Assembly: GCA_905178155.1 (NCBI GenBank)
Contig: CAJINV010000016.1
Location: forward strand, 1,021,386-1,085,385
Length of the DNA: 64,000 nt
Source: Amoebophrya sp. A120
Lineage: Eukaryota > Protista > Dinoflagellata
Direction of reading: 5' to 3'
Part shown: piece by piece, positions 1 through 11,696 of the stretch
Numbering within the stretch: the first letter of the stretch is position 1
Layout: the number at the start of each line of letters is the position of its first letter
Made by a program: the position numbers and the translations under genes
The notes under the pieces: generated by a model
What the model saw: only the letters and a program-made list of their open reading frames with translations
Databases searched by the model: none
Told to the model about the DNA's origin: nothing

Positions 1-1333
1 TAGGACACACGACCCACGAAGCTACAAATCTGCTGCATAATTGTGCACATCACGACGACCGTTGCACGATCGAGGAGCTTCAGCTCCAAAATTGAAAAGT
101 ACACGACTTACTTTACAAAATGCCTTTATGTAGCTTATTTATGATACCCCAGACCCAGTTCTAGTTGTTGAGTTGTAAAGATCATGAGAAGGATGTTGCT
201 ATCACCTCCTGCAGCAACACTTGCAAAAACGAAAAGGAGGACTTGCTGGCTTGGAGGAGATAGCAACGTGCTACTGCCTGTGTAGTTCTTGGTTCCTCAT
301 GCTAGTGCATTGTCAGCGCTTGTTCTAGTCTTCTAGTGCTGTCAGTGCACTAGTAGGATTTAGTTAGGAAAATAATGGTAGCATGGTATTCCTGCAGTTC
401 TTGGACTTTGACTATTATCCTCAAAAAATAAAGTTACGAAAACTACAAATCCAGTCGCGTTTCGCTCGTACGTTGATTCTCTTGTAACAATATATTCTCT
501 CTATTTTCCTGTAGAAGTAGCGGATGCACCAGAAACAAGACCACCGAAATTGGCTGCTCCTATCAGTATAATCCGTAGAAAATGTACAACATATCAATGC
601 AGCATTTGCATTGGACTTTAAATCAGCTTGAAAGTGACTTGTAAGACGTAGCAGTTGGACTACTTTTTATTTTTAGTCGCGAAATCCCGTAAAATCTCTC
701 TTGTCCTCAGTCCGCAAAACGCAAAAGTATAGTACTACGAATCGAAATTTAATTGCAACAAATAGAAAGAGAATGAGCAGTTGTCTCTGCCCACGACGCC
801 CGGTTGTCTATCGGGAGCTTGTTTTGTGTCATTGAGATGGTTCTTTCGTCACGCATGCATATTTATCGGGCGGCGGTGGCGGTACGACCCTGCAAACTAA
901 GGCTCGTGATGTTTGCCGTACGTAAGATCCCCGGTGTTGCAGTCACATAACGACCGTGCTTCCAAGCAGGTGTTCCTGTTATTTTGTCTTCTTTCGTGTT
1001 GCAGAAGCAGAAACTCTGCACCGGCGAAAATTTCCAGAGTTTTGCCACTCGGGGCGCGAGCATAGTAGAAGTAGAGAAGTGGTCTAGTCTAACAAGGAGG
1101 ACAGTTACATGCTATTGCTTGTCTCCTGTCTGAGACCACAAGGAGCCCCATGAGCGGGCGTGTGGCTAGAGGGAGCGAAGAACATGATGAGCAAGGTGAT
1201 ACGTGCATAAGTAAAAAAAATCAAGGTTGATTTTTACTTTTCACATATTGGATCATAGTTGTTAATTAAGATCTTGAGCAGTTGCATCTTCGACACCAGA
1301 ACTACGAACAAGATGTTGTGAACTCGTACTGCG

Positions 1334-4300
1334 GTGCCAGCATCTCTTTCTTCGGAACATGATTTTTTCCCCTCCTCCAAGGACGAGGAAGATGAGGCCC
1401 TGGTGCATGGCGCAACGAAGAACAAGTATGACAAACAAATTTTCGCCGCCGGCCTTAGCAACAAGAACAACCACCACCATCACGAACACCTGAACAAAAG
1501 ATTCAACGTCTTCGAGGTGAACCCTCTCTACTATGGGCGCGCGCCACTCGCGCGCGCCCCCGGGAGTAGTAGATGAGAGAGGCATAGAAAATAATTGTCG
1601 TGATGGCAATTATGAGACTGGCACTGGTGTTGGTGACGACCAAGCACGAGGAAGAGTGCCCTTCAAAAATCCGAATAAACATTTCTCCCCGGCGTTCGGC
1701 GCCCCCGATGATGCGAGACGAAGTAGAGAATCTGGTGAGGCAAGACCAAGACAAGAACTCGCGTACGAAGACTACTCGCCGGTGCGAAAGTGCTGCACTC
1801 TCGGCGGAGGAGGTCGTGGGTATGGAGGGTTTGCTGCTCCTTCCGACACAACTGGTCGTCATGAAAGGAATGCAAGAGCCAGCCGCGTATGGGGCTCGGC
1901 GGGAAATCAGGTTGTAGAAGAGCAAAAAAATCAGAAAAGCGCTCAGGCGCAAAATCTACTTCTGCAGCACACAAATGAACAAACTACATGGAACAATAAA
2001 CGCAAGCGCAATGCAGCACCGCGCGGCCCGGCGTGCTACCCCGAGGAAAAAGGAAAACAAGGAGCACGACCAGAATGCAACAACTACAGCGACTGCGACC
2101 ACACGAGCCAAAGCCAGGAGGAAGGAGATGGAGAAGCATCACTTGCTAGTTCTGAAGATCTTCACAACTACCATGACAAGATGGATTGTTCCGCTTCCGC
2201 ACTGAAGGTGAGGGTCGGGAGGGAAAACCAAAACCGTAAGGTCAACGACGACAACGACGGCTGCTCTTCATCGGATAGTTCTTGTTTCTCCACCACTTCA
2301 TCAACAGGCAGTAGTGATGGTGGTTGTTTTTGTTCTTCTTCAGTTTCTTCCAACGGAGGCGCAACTCGTGGGGGATTTTCAACTACCAGTACCACTAGTA
2401 GTGCAAGAACATCAACAAGAGCTGCTTCAAATAATAAATCTTCGAAAATATTAAAGAGCGGCAAAATAAGTAGCAGCAGACCCACGAGCTCTTCCAACCT
2501 GTTAAAGTCATTTTCCACGGGTAAAAGAAGACTGCTGCACTTGAAAACGCCCGGACATCAACATCATCTGCACACGACTTCATCTGCGCACGCTTCTAGG
2601 AGTGAAACAAGCTCAACATCCTCTTGTACCACCAGCCCTAGAAAAAGAGCGAAGCAAAGCCGCGAAGAAGTCGGGGATGGGCGTCGTGCGGGGCGGCAAG
2701 ATCATGATCCTGGGGACGATGCAGAAACCAAACCGGCGCTCAAGAATGTCTCGAACCATGAGCAAGAACGCAGCGAACACGACTTTGGATCATCAGCATT
2801 ATCGCGCAGAAAAAAATCGTCACAGCGCTCGCCTGGTAGGAATAGAGGAAAAGAACACCGTCTGAACAATCATAGATCAGAATTTATTCCTGATTGTGAG
2901 CGGAGGCCGGCGCAGGACGAGACACACAGCAACTACCTAGCACCTCAAGAGCTGCTGCAAAGGGATCGAGATCATCGACATGATCCCGACCAACCTGCAC
3001 AGAACCCGACGTTATTTCCGCCACAGCAAGTCCAGCCAGACCCTCGTGCTGGTACAGCTTTCAACACGGATTACATTGAGCTCAGAGTACACGACGTGAG
3101 AGCTCGGGCGTCCGGGAAGACCAAGCTGCACGACTCGGGGATGAATACCGACCCTTGTAGTAGTTCATCAGACCACAGTGCAAGTTCTACTGCGCCTGGG
3201 CTGCTGCAACCGTGGTGGGATCATCGGCCGCAAACTGGAAACAATAGGAACCTTTATTGCATCGTTCAAGTGGGATCCTACCCCGCGGTTGAAGCTTTCG
3301 CGACGGAGTGCGAGTATGTGCAGGTGTAGTTATGTACAATACTTTTCATGTTTATCTTTATATATTGGGCGGGTTGATGTCTTTTATTGTGTTTGTGTCA
3401 CTACTTGTGTCAATAGCGCGCAGCAGAATTGAAAATAATTCTATTCCTGCATGTAGTTCGGACAAAAATCGCCGCAACGACATCAACCTCTCGCACGAGG
3501 ACCTTCTCAAAAATTAGGTTGGGCAGCCTCTGTACCACCAACTCGACCGCAAGCTTGCCTGCAAAATCCGCGGCTCGGCGCCGAAGCGTGAGTACATCCG
3601 GAAATTTGCGAAAAAGAAGAAATCGCGGCATTTATCCTGAGGAAAAACGTCCTCGTCCCCACACCAGAGTCAGGACGGGGATCTCGCAACACAGATCGAG
3701 AAGTTTTAGGAGTCACGCATGACAAGTTCCTCTCTGTATTGTAGTGCAGTTTAGCAAGTGCAGCCGCATCACAAAGCCATCTACTCATCCGGTTTATAGC
3801 ATTACAAAGTCCAAAACGCGATTGGGAATTCTTGTCATGGGGATGCGCATTACAAATCTTCCTTTCATTGAAAATCTGCATGACAACTATAGGGTGGGGA
3901 CGTTTTTACTCAGGACAGCATTTGAAGTTGTCGGAGTTGTCGAAACCAAACGGGCACTACTTTGGCATCTATTGCCGCGTCTCCTGTTGGAAGAAATCGT
4001 ATGCATTGCAATAGCATCGTACAACTCGTATTGCCATCATGCATTACAAATCGAAATCTTAAGCAGGTAAATCAGCATTACAAATTCTCTTTGTCATGCT
4101 GAGGAAATTAATGCACTTAGTATACCACGAGTTCGAGTGCGATACTTTTGCACAGGATAAATCGCGGCTGAAAACCATGTTCAATCTTCCCGTGTCCGAT
4201 AAATACCTTGGCGAGCGAATTTTCCACATCCCCAGTGGCGCGCCGTTGGTCGGCCAGGAGTTTGCGCTGTACTGCGGGGACGCGGAGACGGTATTTTGTT

Positions 4301-5270
4301 GATGATATTGCGATATGTTTATGATTATGTACGTAGTACTAGAAGTGCTGACTCGTCTTCTCGATTCTTCGTGGTGTGTATTTTCATCAATTTCAATTTG
4401 AAGTAAGAGTAAGTACAGTAGCTAGTCACGGCGCGCCGCGCTGAAGACAGACTGCAACTATCACTTATGCTACACGCGTAGCTTGCTGTGCTGCTCTTGA
4501 TCTTCGGAGGAAAAAAGCAAAGTGAAAGTGTGTCCAAATTACTTTTCCAATTTTTCCAGGTCCTTCCCGAGCTGGTACAGGGGAGCATTCAAGGAGTGCA
4601 CCAGAAGCGCAGGTCTTGCCGCTTGCCTTTTGCCTTCGGGCTGCGCAGGGGAGTTCTCGGCCGCCACAGCTGCAAGAACAACGCAGTCAATTTTTATAAC
4701 AGCGAGCTGCATGATGATAATTCCTCGTCTACTTGCTCTACTGGTTCTGCCCCCGGCGCCGCTTCAGTAAAACAACCTTTGAAGAATGACTGCTCGAGCG
4801 TTCTTCCCGCGGATCATGTTGAAGGTGCTGGAGGTTCTACAGGGGCTACAGCTGTGACATCTTCGAACTATACGCCTCCAGTCAACATCAACGCCACATC
4901 TTCGAATGGCACTTGGAAAACAAGCGGGAAGATGAATTTTCGGGCTCCTGGTCCGGTACTAGACCAGCAAATTCTCCGGCGGCAAGATAATGAGCTGACG
5001 ATCCGGGTGTCTACGCACTACCACCGCTGCAAGAAAAAGCTGTATTGCAAAAACGCTAGTCGCTTTCTGTCTACAGTGCTGGAGGAAGACTTCTATTCGG
5101 CAAATGGAGGAGGTGCTACTGGTACTCCAACTACTAGTCACCCTTATTTTCACGACCACCTTCCCGCTGCTCACAACACTGGCACCACGTCAATTTCTGG
5201 CACCGCTGCTACAATAACACCTTCGACCTCGACGTTGAGCAGTGGAAGCTGCAATTATGCTCGCATATGA
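1334..5270 (+). CDS. Multi-exon host gene, hypothetical protein (Ser/Thr-rich low-complexity N-terminus, globular region ~3150-4290); one in-frame TAG at 3515-3517
   Basis: ORF 1533-3314 joins 3461-3632, 3923-3999 and 4165-4290 in frame after removing introners 3315-3455, 3633-3917 and 4000-4159 plus 5 nt each. A likely GT-AG intron 4291-4481 links to the 4482-5270 frame. The 5' end is uncertain. Confidence 0.55.
3315..3455. mobile_element. Introner-type non-canonical intron (degenerate)
   Basis: Termini tatgtgcagg...cctgcatgta are imperfect inverted repeats; flanks diverged (gcgag/gttcg); removal +5 nt gives TECE|DKNRR. Confidence 0.55.
3633..3917. mobile_element. Introner intron, 'tatcctgaggaaaaacgtcc' family
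   Basis: TIR tatcctgaggaaaaacgtcc / ggacgtttttactcaggaca; 5-bp direct repeat gcatt; frame restored (SRH|LKL). Confidence 0.85.
4000..4159. mobile_element. Introner intron, 'tgcaaaagtatcg' family
   Basis: Direct repeat aatcg on both sides; ends cgatacttttgcacaggata; frame restored (WKKS|RLKTMF). Confidence 0.85.
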
Positions 5271-6407
5271 ACACACATAAATAATTGCAAAGAGGGCTCT
5301 ACCTGGTTCAACGACACCCACTTGATGTGTATAATAGATCATTTTGTATAGCTATAGCAATAGCTGAGTCTTCCAGCACCGCACTGCACTGGCGCTGGAG
5401 TTGTATTATTCAGCAGCAAACTTTTTGGCCCGGTCGTAGTGACACCGTTGTAACAAGTAGCCGCGAATTAGTTTTTTAAAAGCACAAATGCAACTGTAAG
5501 ATATAAAAATCGTCATAGCGACCGAGAAAGAGAATTCAAATTCTACGCGGCCACCAGAAGCGAAGTGTACTTACGGCATGATAAAGTCACTTCGCTGCCA
5601 CCAGATATGTTGTAGAATATGTTGTGCTATAGCGTTGCCAGAACCGTAAAGTCTAAGTCTTACTTCTACTCCGACCGCCGTGGCAGAATCTAAAATGAAA
5701 TCCGACGGTGTTCTTTCCGAGACGTGGATGATCTCCACCTGTCGCGAATGAACGATTCCGAGACGTTGATGATCTCCTGTCGCGATTGAACGAACCAATT
5801 TTGAGTTTTCGATTGTCACAGGAGAAGACTCGCTGCATTTTTATTTTATGCGCTCCTGCAACATGATGCTCCAACTCCTACTTTCATCTCGAAGTAGATG
5901 GAGCCTCAGGCGGCCGCCCTGCTCTTTTGTGTTCGTTTTTGGCTAGTTTTTATCGTTTGAGCACGGAAATCGTGAAAATTATCTAGTAGAAAAAATGAAC
6001 GACCTACCGATGTTGCTGCACAAGCACAAGCTTGTACAGCGAATGCACGGAGGACACCTCCCTGCAAATTCTGGATGTTGTCGCTGCCTTCTGATGAGCG
6101 AAAGGGAACAAAGAGCAAGCAAATGGCAATGCTGCATTCAGAGATCTACTTCAGCAGCCCATTTTTAGAGTTTACTAGAATTTAATATAGAAGAACTTCA
6201 TGTGGTCGCTCTGTCTCGCTGTTTATTTTGATGGTCTTCGTCTACTTGAGCTTCACACAGTGCTTCACTTTATTTTAGAGACATTGGAACAAAACCTCCG
6301 AAGTTGATAGCCCCTTCTTGCCATGATCATGTTGTAGCAGTAGCTGCTTCGATTCGTAAACAAGAACTTCCTTCCCTGTATACAACTTCAAAAAACCTTG
6401 TCACTAC

Positions 6408-8010
6408 ATGAAGCGGTCGCGGTGGGGCAACAAGAAGAACAAAAATCAGGAAGGTTGCAGCACCGCTGGCGGCCATCATGATGCTCGACCAGGCGACGGG
6501 CAGCAGGGCCACCAAGCGGGTACTAATGAAGATCCAACCCAAGAAGGTAGCACGCGTCAGAAGCTCGACGTTTCCGGGGTCGTGAGCTACCCTTTGTTGC
6601 ACCTCACGAACAACGATCAGGACATCCACAACACGGCAACATTAAATGGTACTAGAGCAGCTCCTGCTTACAACCCCACGACCCCGAATTACACCAATCA
6701 ATGCGGGGATATTGCACTCCGTTCTTTCGTGAAGCTCAGCCTCACGACACACTTCAAAAAGGACTACTCGGCGGATCTGAAGCACTGCCTGATTGGAAAC
6801 AGCATCTATCTGCCCGCGTTCTTCCCCGATAGTGAGAATCTCGTCATGGACACGATTGTTGCCGAGGTCATTGCCAATACGGTAGAAGAGCAGAGTGCTT
6901 CTGGCGAGGAGCAAGAAGATGTTGGCAACGCGAACACGACAGCGCCAGCACAAGCACCACGACCGGATGGAGAAACTGAAACCGCTGACGGTAGTAGAAG
7001 TGCAAACCATCTGAGCTCTCTTGAGGCAGGTCGTGCTGGGGGAAGGAAAATAAATGGGCACCAGAGGACGCAAAGAGCGCAGGGGCTGACCAACAGCGCT
7101 GCGGCTGAAGATTGGCAAAAACAGTCGTTTCTCCAGGACGCACCCGAGTTCAAGCAACAACTTCTAGGCGCGCGGGGAACGAATCATGGAAAAACCGTGA
7201 ATCCGCAAGATGAACATCGGCAAATTGCTAAAAAGGCGTGGTCGAAACACCAAGTGATAGAAAACTGCCAGGACAAGTCGCCAACGTTCAACAAAATTAT
7301 CGAAGTTTTGGAACGGTACTTTGATCTGGACATCCTGGCCACGCGGCTCAACTACTACGCGAACCAGGACCACTGGAAACCTTTCCACAAGGACAGCCAC
7401 GCGTACGGCTACACCCCCCTACCGGACCCGAAAACGGGCAAGCCGCAACGGATTAAAGAGGATTTTACCGTCGGCGTTTCGTTTGGTGCGGAGCGGTATC
7501 AAAACTGCAACTATAAATCTGACAACTGGAAATCTGTGATGCTGATACTTGCATTGTAGTAGAGTGGCCGCTCGGATTAAGGCGTAACAGCATCAGAAGT
7601 TTTGTAAGGGTAGAAGAAGTTCAAATCTGACGGATTCCTTCGGAACTCGCATGACAAATTGCCTGTTCGCACGACAAATAGGAGCCTTCTAGCCAAAAAT
7701 GCTCTTCATGCATCACTGATCTTTTCTTTGGTCCTTCGACTTTCGCATCACAGATCCAGACCCAGAGTTGTTTTGATTTGCAATGCATACACGAATGTTG
7801 GAGTTTCAGCACGACGAATGCCAGGAGTTCAAGTTTGGATTCCCGCAGCGCAACGGGGACCTGTTTGCCTTTACCGACGTAGTAAACAGCAAGTTCCAGC
7901 ATGGCGTCCCCAAAGTGGCGAACGGCGAAAAGTGTGGGCCCCGGATTAGCATCATCGGCTGGGGGCGGCGGCGAAAGCTGACCGTCCGAAATGGGGGTGT
8001 GGCGGCCTGA
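6408..8010 (+). CDS. AlkB-like 2OG-Fe(II) dioxygenase domain protein (exons 6408-7496, 7795-8010; ~434 aa)
   Basis: RLNYY...PFHKDSH (HxD), VGVSFGAER|MLEF, NGDLFAF, QHGVP (distal His) and PRISI-GWGR (2OG-binding Arg) follow the AlkB/2OG-FeII_Oxy_2 motif order. Confidence 0.85.
7497..7789. mobile_element. Introner-type intron (degenerate, cagacccaga family) in the AlkB-like gene
   Basis: tatcaaaactgcaa ... ccagacccagagttgttttgatttgcaatgcata; removal +5 nt gives GAER|MLEF. Confidence 0.7.
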
Positions 8011-8666
8011 CAAGCGTTTTTCTTGTTTTGTGATGGAAAAGTAGAGCAACATGGTCGTGTGCGTAAGTATGCTGTGGGCAATCTCTGCATGATGTAGTTG
8101 CGCGCTCGTCCTTCTGTGCTAGTACTAGTAGTCCTGCCCATGGACGAGAATCATACTTACATGGTGGAAGTAAAACTGACAAAGCAGTAGAACATCTGTG
8201 TGCCACCTCGCCGCTAGCGATAGTATACTCCTGTTCATCGGAAAGAACACAAACAGCGAGGACTACCTCCCTCCCAGAGTAGACTGTGTGGCAGAACTGC
8301 CCAAGTGGTCCGAGACTCTGCGGCACCGCGGCCGCCTTTCGTGGCCGTGGTCTAGTGCAGGAGAGCGGACGGTCGTCGTGGTTTGCACTTGTTTTGACCA
8401 ACAAGAGTTCTAGAATTTCTACAGTGTGTTCCGCATCTTCGCCTCTTTGAGTTTGGTGTAGGTTTTCACATTGGTATGGCAAGCACTAGTTGTAGTTGGG
8501 AGGACGAACACGAAGAAGCACGACCAAAGTCGTCGTTGGGGAGAGCTGTTTGCGTTTTATGTTGAGAAATGCAGAGAGACATTCAATGTGTACAAGGTTG
8601 AGACCATCGAACGAAATACTTTATCAGAAAGGTTTTCGTCGGGCAAAACAAGTTCCAGTATAGTAC

Positions 8667-9437
8667 TTGAAAAACCTTATACAAGAACAGTCAAAGTCAA
8701 AGATTATTACAATGGCGTGCAAAACACACGACCCCGCAGGTGCGTTTGCGCCTGAAGTGAAGCAGGTCGTGACCACGACCGACAGCTGGCGTCGCGTCCC
8801 GCTCGGAGTAATCGACCACAATTCCGTCGTGTCGGCGCAAACTAAAACAGAGACAGCTCCGGACGAGGCAGTTCTTCATGTCGTGCAACCTGCTGCTCCT
8901 AAAACTTTAACGACGTCGCCAGAACTTTTGTTGCACCCGAAGAAAACCTCCAATACGTCGAATACCAGCGAAAGGAGGACCAGCAAAATGAGCAGGAAAG
9001 AAGATGTAGCTCCTGCGAGGACCTCCCGCCCTGCGATGAAAACAGGATCTTCCCAGGAACTCCGGCGAACGACCGTCGTTCCAAATTTTTCCGCTTCTGA
9101 GAATGAAGTGAAGCACCAAGGTCATCTACATCTTGTTCAAGATAACTCGGCCACCTCGTCGCTGAGGCAGCCCTTCTTGAAAAACAGCAGAAAGTCGGAC
9201 GGTTTGAAAAACAAAGAAAATCTAAATCATGACATCCTCGTTGAACAAGACCAAGACGACCAGATCGAATGTGTGTTGAACAACAACAAAAACCGCTGGG
9301 CAGCATCGACAACGAAAACGTCCCCCCGTGTGCAGCAACTCCTGGCGCACGAACAGAAGCTATCCACAGTGAATTTACAACGACCTCCGTGTTGGCACTG
9401 TAGTATGGCGGAAGGATCATTATACAATGTTCCCTGA
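8667..9437 (+). CDS. Host hypothetical protein exon (possibly upstream part of the gene disrupted at 10061)
   Basis: 256-aa low-complexity ORF with host-like composition; no recognisable domain. Confidence 0.4.
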   Translation: MKNLIQEQSKSKIITMACKTHDPAGAFAPEVKQVVTTTDSWRRVPLGVIDHNSVVSAQTKTETAPDEAVLHVVQPAAPKTLTTSPELLLHPKKTSNTSNTSERRTSKMSRKEDVAPARTSRPAMKTGSSQELRRTTVVPNFSASENEVKHQGHLHLVQDNSATSSLRQPFLKNSRKSDGLKNKENLNHDILVEQDQDDQIECVLNNNKNRWAASTTKTSPRVQQLLAHEQKLSTVNLQRPPCWHCSMAEGSLYNVP

Positions 9438-9605
9438 CGAGGACAAGGGCGTTTCTTCAGCATGGCCACACGTATCAGGTGGGCAACATTTCTGTTAGAT
9501 ATGCAATTTATTTGTACGTGCAGCTGCAGGTTTGCCATGCGGGGGTAATGAATTTGTCTTGCATAGAAGCACCGCAGAGCTTATGACTGGTCCAGGTACA
9601 GTCCG

Positions 9606-10061
9606 GTGCGCGTGCGGGGGAGGTCACCGGATCAACTTCGCGCAAGAATGACCACAAACTCGGAAAAGAGCGCGGTGGGACAAGAATTTGCTGTCAGAAC
9701 TTCTACACAGCAAAGACGACGAACAAGACCCGCCGGCGCGGCGGCAGGCGCAGGCGTCTGCAAGGAGACGGAAGAAGCCTTCGTGCCCTCTATCAAGAAG
9801 AAAGCGGTGACATCGTCCAGTCCGAAAAGCCCGGATCACGATGCGAGAGGAATTTTGGTAAAGACGGGGGCTGTTGCTACACCGTCCACATGTAGTAGGT
9901 CGACTTCCTTCTCGTCTTCCAGTAGCTCCTGTGCAAAGGAGAAGTTCAAGTTCTACTCGTCTTCGTACTTGTTCCCACCTGCTCCTCGTGCGGCTTTCTA
10001 CTTTCCGAGCGACGAGGACGAGAAAATAGTGCGGAAGATGGGACGAGCAGAGGAACAAAGT
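9606..10061 (+). pseudogene. 5' part of host ORF interrupted by the YR retrotransposon
   Basis: ...gag gaa caa agt (EEQS, ends 10061) joins aat gac ctc cag cag aca agg gaa atg (from 29695) in frame with ORF 29719-30480. Confidence 0.75.
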
Positions 10062-10229
10062 GGCCAACCCGTCTCCTGGGCGGCAAGGTATACTTGCTTT
10101 CTCCTGTAGTGTATTCACAAAAATGCTGTTTCAAAATAAATTTCGTATCAAAATAAATACAGTGATCCAAATTTGTAATAGCTCTTTTGTGAACCGGACG
10201 TGCCCACCGCACTGCCCGCAGTTTTGTTT
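10062..10229 (+). repeat. Split direct repeat A1 (left terminus)
   Basis: 168 bp, near-identical to 26300-26467 (starts ggccaacccgtctcctgggcgg, ends gcagttttgttt). Confidence 0.95.
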
Positions 10230-11014
10230 ATGCTTCGCGCTGAGCAATCTCGGGGTCCATCACATTAGAGGCCGGGCGGGCCATTGTGGCCGCGGCTTGG
10301 GCTTGCTCCGTCATGCCTCAACCTGCCTTCAAGGCGGGCCAAGCATGTCGTCTCCACGCCTGGGGCATGCAGTCAGTGGTCGACGTACGTTGCTAGTCGC
10401 AACTGCGTCGTGGGACGCCGGAACTGCAAGTAGCAGTACGGCGCCCCTGGCGGCCTCGTCCGGTTCCCAAACCGGGCGTGGGAAAAACGCCAAAGTGGGG
10501 GTACCTTAGTATCCCTGGAGCGGGCGGCCCGTAAACGGGACCCGACCCGGGTAGATCCTCGTGCAGGCCCCGACCTGCCGAGAAGAATCCCCGGAAGTGC
10601 CCGACTGGCACAGGACGTGTGGAAGTCCAACGTAGGCGTCTGACAAACGCCGGCAAAGGCTGACGGGGTCCTCCCTCCCCTCACCTGCGCCACTCAGGGT
10701 GAGCACAGCTCCCCGAAACCCCATTCCAGTGAGCCCCCACCCGCTCACACCGAGGCGTCTCTCCCTGTTGGAAGGGGAGGGGGCCTCACTGTCACTAGAG
10801 TCACGCGCTTGGGTTAATCTCAAGATTGCTTCGCGCAACCAGGCGCGTGCCTCAAAATTCCACGTGTAAAAGCGCCCCGGGCGCCGTGCGCCGCACGAAA
10901 AAAACGGCAAGGCAACGTGGGGCACCTCGCCCCACGGTGTGTGCCGCTCGTAAGAGCGGCTGTGTCTCTCCTCCGCGTAGGAGAGAAGCGTGGCGCCGAC
11001 AGGCACCACGCAAG

Positions 11015-11137
11015 ACGCGCGCGTGCACCTCGAGGCCACGATCACGCGTGCGTCTCGAAACGCGCGCGTGCGCCTCGAGGCCACGAGGCGCACGAGCACA
11101 CGCAGTGCGAGGTCACGCGCGCGCGTGCACCTCGAAA
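11015..11137 (+). repeat. Imperfect tandem repeat (cgcgtgcRYctcga units) in the element's CpG-rich 5' leader
   Basis: About four units of gcgcgtgcacctcgaggccacga-like sequence; repeated in the second copy at ~17251-17373. Confidence 0.7.
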
Positions 11138-11696
11138 CCCTGGCCGCGAGGCGGCAGGGGAACGGACTACGAGATGCAGCCGCACCGTAGTAGCCGCGTG
11201 TTCGTTTATGGTTGAAAATCGATCGACAGGACGTTGTGCATCAAGATTCGCTGCCTAAATGTCGGTCGTCGCAAGAAAGCTGTCGGTCGAGAGGTGATTG
11301 AGAATGGATTTTCGTACTTCAGAGACCGTTGCGACACGTACGCGAGCCGTAGAGCCGCAAGGACCTCGACGTCAAAGGATATGCGAAAATCGTACAACAG
11401 AAGGACGTTCAAAAAATCGTGGGCAGTACAACCCACGCCGATCCCTAGCAGTAAAGTCGTCCAGTAGATACTGATCGATCGTCGAACGACCATAGACACA
11501 AACCGCAGGCAGATAAAATCACATACAGGGCAGGAGCTTAAAGCACATTGCAAACCCACATAGTGCTAGCACTAGGCACTCTAGAGCGCGCTAGTTTGCA
11601 CAAAATTACAGCAATTAAGCACACTACCCAGTAAGAAGCTTTTGCTTGCCCCTAGCGAACAAAGCAAGTGCAACCCCAGAGCACAAAAAACCCCCA

